DNA of 64,000 nucleotides from Tubulanus polymorphus (lineage: Eukaryota > Animalia > Nemertea), in contig NC_134029.1 of NCBI RefSeq assembly GCF_964204645.1, positions 6,882,001 to 6,946,000 on the forward strand. The letters are read 5' to 3'. Position 1 is the first letter of the stretch. Every line of letters starts with the position of its first letter. The position numbers and the translations under genes are program-made. The notes under the pieces are model-generated. The model did not search any database. It was given only the letters and a program-made list of their open reading frames with translations, and was not told the DNA's origin. Below are positions 57,213 to 64,000 of this stretch, piece after piece.

Positions 57213-57265
<53 letters not shown>
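57168..57265. repeat. (GTA)n microsatellite, about 32 units with two GTG interruptions
   Basis: Read directly from the sequence. Confidence 0.98.
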
Positions 57266-60002
57266 TGGTATTTGCTCAGACATTTCGTGTAAGTAGTTTG
57301 TGTTTTAGAACTACATGATGCAGTACGATCATCGTGTCCACTTGCGCTCCACGCTTCAATGTGACCAGCTGTCAAAACAAACCTCAAATGAAACTCTTTC
57401 TATATCTGGGGTAACGGTGGCTGGCCCCTCACACACGATAGCTCTGACGTGAAAGGATAATTTTGGTGAGAAGTGAATCGATTTATCATATAGCCCCTAG
57501 CCCATGAATGATACATTATTCGGGTTCAAGCGCCCCTTTTGGGTCACAAACTAATAAAAATAACATCCACCACAAGTGTCATTCCATTGTAGTATTGACG
57601 TACTAGTAGGCCTACTGTGTAAGTTTTAAGCGGGTGTAGACTAAGATTTCTTTTTATCATTTGCAACTTTTGACTTGTTAAAATGGCTGTCTGTTCACTT
57701 GTATTATTATAGGCTTACTAGTAGGCTGCTAGACGCTTTTTGTGGCCGAATCGCACCACCTACACCTGCCATTTTTGAATTGTGCAGAATTTTTATCTCG
57801 GTTGTCTGTTAGGCTATAGGCCGAATTTATCGTTAGAAGCAGTACGGCAGGTAGTCTGAATACCAGTCGTTGTTACGGTTCCGTACAACAGTTGTTTCAG
57901 GAACAACGGCTAGGTACTAGACTACTGCTGATCTTGTAGTAGTCAGTTAGGCCTACCTGTCTATGGTTGAGTTTAGTTTCCCGATCGGATATTTTCAAGC
58001 ACATCTGATTATAAAAGCTTACCACCAACCATTCTAACTAATTACCCCATAGGCTAAGCAACATTTTTGGAGGTATGGTGTCGGCTAAGGGTACGTGTTG
58101 GACTGAAACCTGAAATAAATTGTTTTTCTTATTGCACTTTCATCCTTTGGTGATAAATAATCCTAGTTATTTTTAACATCAGTTGCAGTCTTATCATTAG
58201 ATGCCATTCTGACGTAAATCAAAAAATATCAGCTATGAAGTATATTATTATTCTTTCAACGTAAGCTTATACGTATTACTTCATGCTTATTTTCTACTCA
58301 CTCAGATATTTACTTGATTTACTCCCTTAGGCCTATTTATCCCCTGTTGTTAGCTATTCCTAATATCTATTTCCACTTAGCCTTTTGCTTGAGAGAATGT
58401 CAGGTGAACTTGCTCAGTCAGTTTTCAGCCCACTTGAGACCCAGCGGGATATTGTGGTTCACTTTGTTCATTTTTCCTTTCATCCATCCATCCATGGACG
58501 GAATCTATTTTGGGCAGTTTTGAAGATGCTTCTATTACAGACTGTCTTGATTTTTGGTTTATAATGTATCTACCCAAGACACGTCTTCAGCCCAAAAACT
58601 GGTTTGGTCAGACTGGTGGCCATTGTCATTCGCCGAAATCAGCATTTTTACAGCATTTTTATGGGAAATTTTGAAGATGCTTTGATCATTTATCTTGATC
58701 ATTCAAATATTTGTGTCCTCAAGGGCCCATCAGCATAAGAAAAAGTGGATCAATCCTGCAACCTTTTTTGTTCCTAAAAAGGTCACTTTTGGCCTGAATT
58801 CTGAGACCTGTAGCTTCCTACTGGTTTGCCATTTTTCATTGAAATTTGTGATGTGTATTCCTTGGAAAGATACAGGTTTTGACTTATAGTCTTGATATTT
58901 GATTATTATTAGCACTGTCATAGGATACATCTCAATATCCAAAACGACCTCCAAAATAAAGCAATTTTTCTTTTCGAATTTGCCTCCCCAATCACTTAAT
59001 TAGTAATGAATTCAATGTCTGAAGAACAAAAACAAATTATCTTTTTTGAAACCTAATCATAGAAAAAATAGGTAATGATTATGTCACTTACATCAATGTT
59101 GTCATGTTGCTAAAAACATAAGCGTTCCCGCAATCATTAGGTTTTTCTGGTCGTTTATTTTACAAAATCAAGGTTGAACGATTAATTTGAGGCTGGGTGT
59201 GGCTATGATTAATCGTACATACATAGTTACCATGGTTGCGCCATTATATTTCATTTGAAGTGCATTCGTACGGTTTTGTTTCAATAGGTTGTTATGGTTC
59301 GTCGGACAGCTTCGATGTCGATGAAACAATGGAGCAGTCACTTGTGAAGTCAAGCAATAACAGGTGACAAAAAACTTTTTATTTGGTATCATTCAACTAC
59401 AGTAGAGTTGGCGGATCCGATCAACTCGGATGTTTGTTGAAATATTTTTTCTGACACTATTTGAGAAGTATATAGGCCTAACATCCAACTCTGAATTCGC
59501 TCGAGTCGAACGCATTTTTAAGGTCCCAAGGGATGCGACTTGAGCAGAGTCTACTGTAGTACGTACGCACCTTAAGCGGGAGGCGGGAGGTGAATTCAGC
59601 GAAAATGCACCTTCCTTTTTTGCCCAGGAGACAGTTGAGTTATGTTAAAAGTTCACATGTGAAGGCTGGGTTTGTTTTTGATGACAATTTCTTTCAATTT
59701 GGCAATATCAAGAGTCACTTAATGCATGCCTTAAGCAATTAGAAATTTATCTATTGATTTTATCACTAATCAATGACAAAAACTACAAAACCCTCGTAAA
59801 GTTTCCGATTTCGGTGGCCCACTTCACCTTATATATAAGAGCCTCGACTATTTACTACAAAATAACACAACTTGTGACACATGAAAATCAACTGTAAATG
59901 AGCTATTCTGTGTCGTGATAAATGTGGATTTTCCCTTGAATATCCAGATGAAAGTGACATTAGTGGGTGCTAATGGGTTAAATTTTGATTTTTGTATCGT
60001 AG

Positions 60003-63000
60003 GTTGTCGCGTAATGTGTCCGAAAAGAACCGACGAGATCGATTGAACTCTTTGGTGAAAGAACTCGCGAATGTTAACCCTTACATCAATGATACGAATA
60101 AACGCCTCGACAAATGCAGTATTTTACGCCTTACAGTTAGTTACCTGAAGCTGTGTCAGTGTAAGTAAAACATGAATATTTATATGTGAATTCATGAAGG
60201 TAGGTGCATTATCAATCCTCTTTGTGCATTTGATGCAAATGATGGCATCGTGGAGATTTTGCCACGGTACAGCAAAACCCAGGGCTCCAAAACCCTGTCA
60301 TGGGTTGTAGACCCCTTACACAGCTATCCAGACAATTGAATCAATCGTGGTATCTCGATACTCAAATTCTGCTCGCATTTGACTGGCGATCATCCAGTAT
60401 TCAGGCATTAGAACTTGATGTGTACAATCATTAGCTCATTTGAAAAGATCACCTTTCATTGAGACAACGATTCCACATGAGTATACGTACGACAGATAAT
60501 AACATACACAGAGTGCGCTTGCCTCAGATCTCGCGGGACAAATAGATTCCCTCTCACCATGCATTCCATGGCAGTTGGAGAAGGGATGGTTCATTTCACA
60601 TCCCGTAAGTACATTCCATCATTTATATTTATGTGCCTGCATGTACTACTATTTTCAGATTTATCTAGACGCACTAAGCAGAGGCAGAGTGGACAACCAT
60701 CCTCAGTTCCGCGAAAGTATCAACTCCAAGATTTTTTTATGGTACTAATTCAGCTTGTTTTACATTCTTCGAGCCATCGATCGTGCAAATATTACAAACC
60801 GATAATCTAACTTCATCTTTCAACAGATCTCATTTACTAAAATGATGTTTCTTTGCATTTTAGAAACTGGATTCATTTATCTTTTTGATCAACCAAACCG
60901 GTACTATCCTATTCGTATCGGACAGTCTATCGCGGATCTTAGGTCATAATACGGTGAGTGGCATCAGAAAGTTCATTTGGACCAGTTGAAAAGTGCCCTT
61001 GATAATTGATCCTTGGCACAATCGCAGCTAACCCCAACTGTTTGCGCTAATTACTGGATTCGTTTGCGGTTCCATCATAGCCATTTTACATTGCAAAACA
61101 TATAAGGGACTCGAAGCGATGCTGCTTAAACCGGGCCAAATCTTGCCGATTCTTCGAAAGATGCGAGTATGATTCCGCCGAAATAGAGCAATCGGAAGAG
61201 AAACTTTCTAATTACAGGTCGAGCTGATCGGAGGTTCGATATACTCAATTATCCATCAAAACGATCATCCGATATTATCTGCTGAACTTGAATCGTTGAA
61301 ATTTGACCAGACTGCCAAAGGTAATAAATAATATGCACGGAGAAACTGATTAGAGTCTTGGTAACGTTGAAAAAACTAGTGCTTTACATCATATCACAAT
61401 GCACTGCAGATTATAGGTCCCTCTAATGGGCCAACTGTATTGTCGAACAAAAGACTCTGCTCTTGCCAGGATTCACAACTAGACTGTCCATCACGAAAAC
61501 TTTTTTCTGGTTTATTTTCAGGTTTTTCGCACCAGAAGATATCTGTGACGTTGAGATTACTCAGTCTACTGTCTGAATCTCATTTAAGTCATTATGAGTG
61601 TGTTCAGTTCATCGCTCAAGCTCACTTTTTACCAAACGATCATCTCATCTGTAAGAATATCTCCTTCATTCTAGACTTAGCGAAACTTTCACCCTCAACT
61701 CATCGTTCTTATTCATCATTCATCTTTGCTGTACATCCCCCTTCTTTGTAAGAATGCAAACCTGATTGAGATTCTGTTGTAGTACAACTTCATGCATTGA
61801 AGAAAATTTCTGAGATAGGATGTCTGCAAATGCATTTTCTTCCTTATTTCAAGAACAAAGATATGCTGTTTCCACTTCATAATTTTCAAATACGTATTTG
61901 TGACACTTCAGTTTGATCAATTTGGCATTTTCTGAATTAATGGGGCGAAATGAAATTTGATTTAGGAGTTAAACATTATCAGGAAATTTGCATCATGTGA
62001 AGGGGAGACTCTTCACCCATTAATTCTATGGCTGATTATTGTGGCAGAATGTTGATGCAACAAAGTTTGAATCCCTGCACTTCTTTGCGAATAACTGCAA
62101 CTTGTAAATGCATGCAGTCTGTGACATTCATTTAAGGCATCGCATTTTCGATCGCTTTACTTTCAGCTTCTTTGCATGACAAATCGACTAACTTAGTGTT
62201 CGGTGTAGCTAGACTAACATGGTCATTGTCAAACATGGAACTAAGTCTTAAAAATGATGAATATACTGAATACGTATCGACTCATGCTCTTGATGGTCGT
62301 GTCATGAATCTGGACAAAAGGTTAGCATTATTCATGAATTAGAAAAAAATTGGTTCCAAACCAATTTCATTTGCAAGTCTGTACTGAAAATATTGATTTT
62401 TTAAAGCCTGATTAGACTTAGTACTACATAGCTACAGTACTGGGCTTAAGTTTTGCATAATTTCCTGTTTTCGCCCACTTTGGACTTTAATCCCACGGGG
62501 CTATTGTGTCCGCTTTCCATTCGTCTGTTGACAGAATCTACGTAGTTTTCTCGGGAAGATGTCAACCTGCTTTGATGACTAGTCTTGATATTCACATTAT
62601 TTATGTATCTACCCTAGACACATCAGTGGCACAAAATTGTAGCCTGATCAGAATCGAGATGGCCAACTTGTGGCCATTGTTGTTTTCCAAAATCAGGGGG
62701 TCATTTGCTAAAAAATAGGTTAAAGATAACCGGCGGATAAATACCATATAGTAACAATAAACTTTTTTCATAGAAATTGTTTGGCATTACCAGTTCCCTA
62801 ATGGGCATGGTGTCCCTGGACTCATAGCTTTCTTTTCCTTTATTCCGATCTTAAGAATGTTTTATACAATAGTTATTCAGAAGCTTTTTCCTTGATCACG
62901 CGAGTTCATATTTTTCAGGGCAGCTGTGATTATTGGATATCTAAATCAGGAGCTTGTTGGCACTACCCCTTACGCGAAATGTCATCCGGATGATATGATA

Positions 63001-63782
63001 TTCGTTTTGAGGAGTCACGAAAAATGTAAGATTTCAACGCAAAATTCAGTGGGTGATGTGTCATTTCGGTGTCAGCTAAGAATCATGGAAACTTTTCTTG
63101 TACGCTCGAAAGTTTGCTCAGTATTTCGAATGTTTCGAATTTTTGTGTTTCAGTATTAGAATGCGGTTTCACGAACAGTACGGTATTCAGGCTGATATCA
63201 TGGGACAACAAACAATTGTACATAAACGCTCAGTCACAAATTATTTATGATAAATGGACTAATGAGCCGAAGCACATAATGAGCTGTAATAGAATTCTAC
63301 AGTGAGTAACTATTCAAAGTCAATGATGCCATCGTGTTTCTGTAACTACGCGTATTATGACATTAAGAGCCCCAGTTTTAGCAATATTTTAGTTCTGCGC
63401 CTGAATATACTTGTGATAGGGTACCCAACATTGTTCATCCTCAGTACCTACTATAGTCGACTCCGCTTTATTCGGAGCCAAATTACTCGTATTTTCACAT
63501 ATTTCATAGACGTCGGCAAGTCTGAATTATTTCAAGAGAAACCTTTAATAGATAATTCATTTCACTCGTAGAAATAACTTGTACTATTGCTTTATCCGTA
63601 CTATATTTTTGGTTGAATGAAATTACATAGTAATCAAACTAGTTAATCTGTACTGCTGAGATCGTCGGCAGAAAACATATGTAGTCCTACAGTTAGTGTC
63701 ACTGGCTTGTTTACTAGTGAGAGCCACTTATAGTTTTATTTTCTTCAGGTTCTCAGCAGATGACCGTTCGCATTTTATGTAA
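60003..63782 (+). CDS. bHLH-PAS transcription factor, Methoprene-tolerant/Gce-like (start exon not resolved)
   Basis: Exons 60003-60160, 60659-60741, 60864-60953, 61218-61320, 61522-61650, 62167-62320, 62919-63025, 63154-63301 and 63749-63782 join in phase. bHLH SRNVSEKNRRDRLNSLVKELA..KRLDKCSILRLTVSYL; PAS-A LDSFIFLINQTGTILFVSD..LGHN..LIGGSIYSIIHQND; PAS-B EYVSTHALDGRVMNLDKR..GYLNQELVG..HPDD. Confidence 0.85.
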
Positions 63783-64000
63783 TCTATACGCCCGAAGCCA
63801 CAATGCTCAAGAAAAAGGAGCCATTCTCTGCTTCATGCTTTCGAAGATTTTTGGGTTTATTGCCAATATTCAATACAACGCAACTTATTTTCAACAACTT
63901 AGTATTCTTTAAGTCATACATGCATTATATTAAGTTTAACACCTAGGTACGAGTTTTATGACTGCTTTGGCAATCTTTGGAAAATATCAAGTCACCTTGC

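Noticed and set aside
57059-57387. Poly-Thr and poly-Leu ORFs
   Set aside because: Artefacts of the (GTA)n microsatellite.

Overview
AT-rich, intron-containing DNA from an invertebrate animal (protein similarities suggest a lophotrochozoan; this is inference). I assembled seven protein-coding genes by hand from splice sites and reading frames: (1) a MOSPD2-like CRAL-TRIO gene (-), head-to-head with (2) FANCB (+); (3) a class I GLUT/SLC2A sugar transporter (-) with two alternative first exons, the distal one 73 bp from the start of (4) PDCD7/U11-59K (+); (5) AIFM1 (-), whose N-terminal membrane anchor resembles the COX7B/prag01 (Deltameth_res) family and is spliced in frame to the AIF oxidoreductase; (6) a 23-kb Jupiter/HN1 (JPT) microtubule-associated gene (-) with 15 symmetric phase-1 cassette exons, 13 of them carrying [N/D]Pxx[G] repeats, most not visible in the ORF track; (7) a compact Met/Gce-like bHLH-PAS gene (+). 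Between them are MITEs, a 546-bp foldback element, tRNA-derived SINE-like repeats and a (GTA)n microsatellite. The strongest candidates for undescribed biology are the COX7B-like::AIFM1 fusion and the modular Jupiter exon array. Gene models and homologies come from reading and recall only and need RNA-seq and HMM confirmation.
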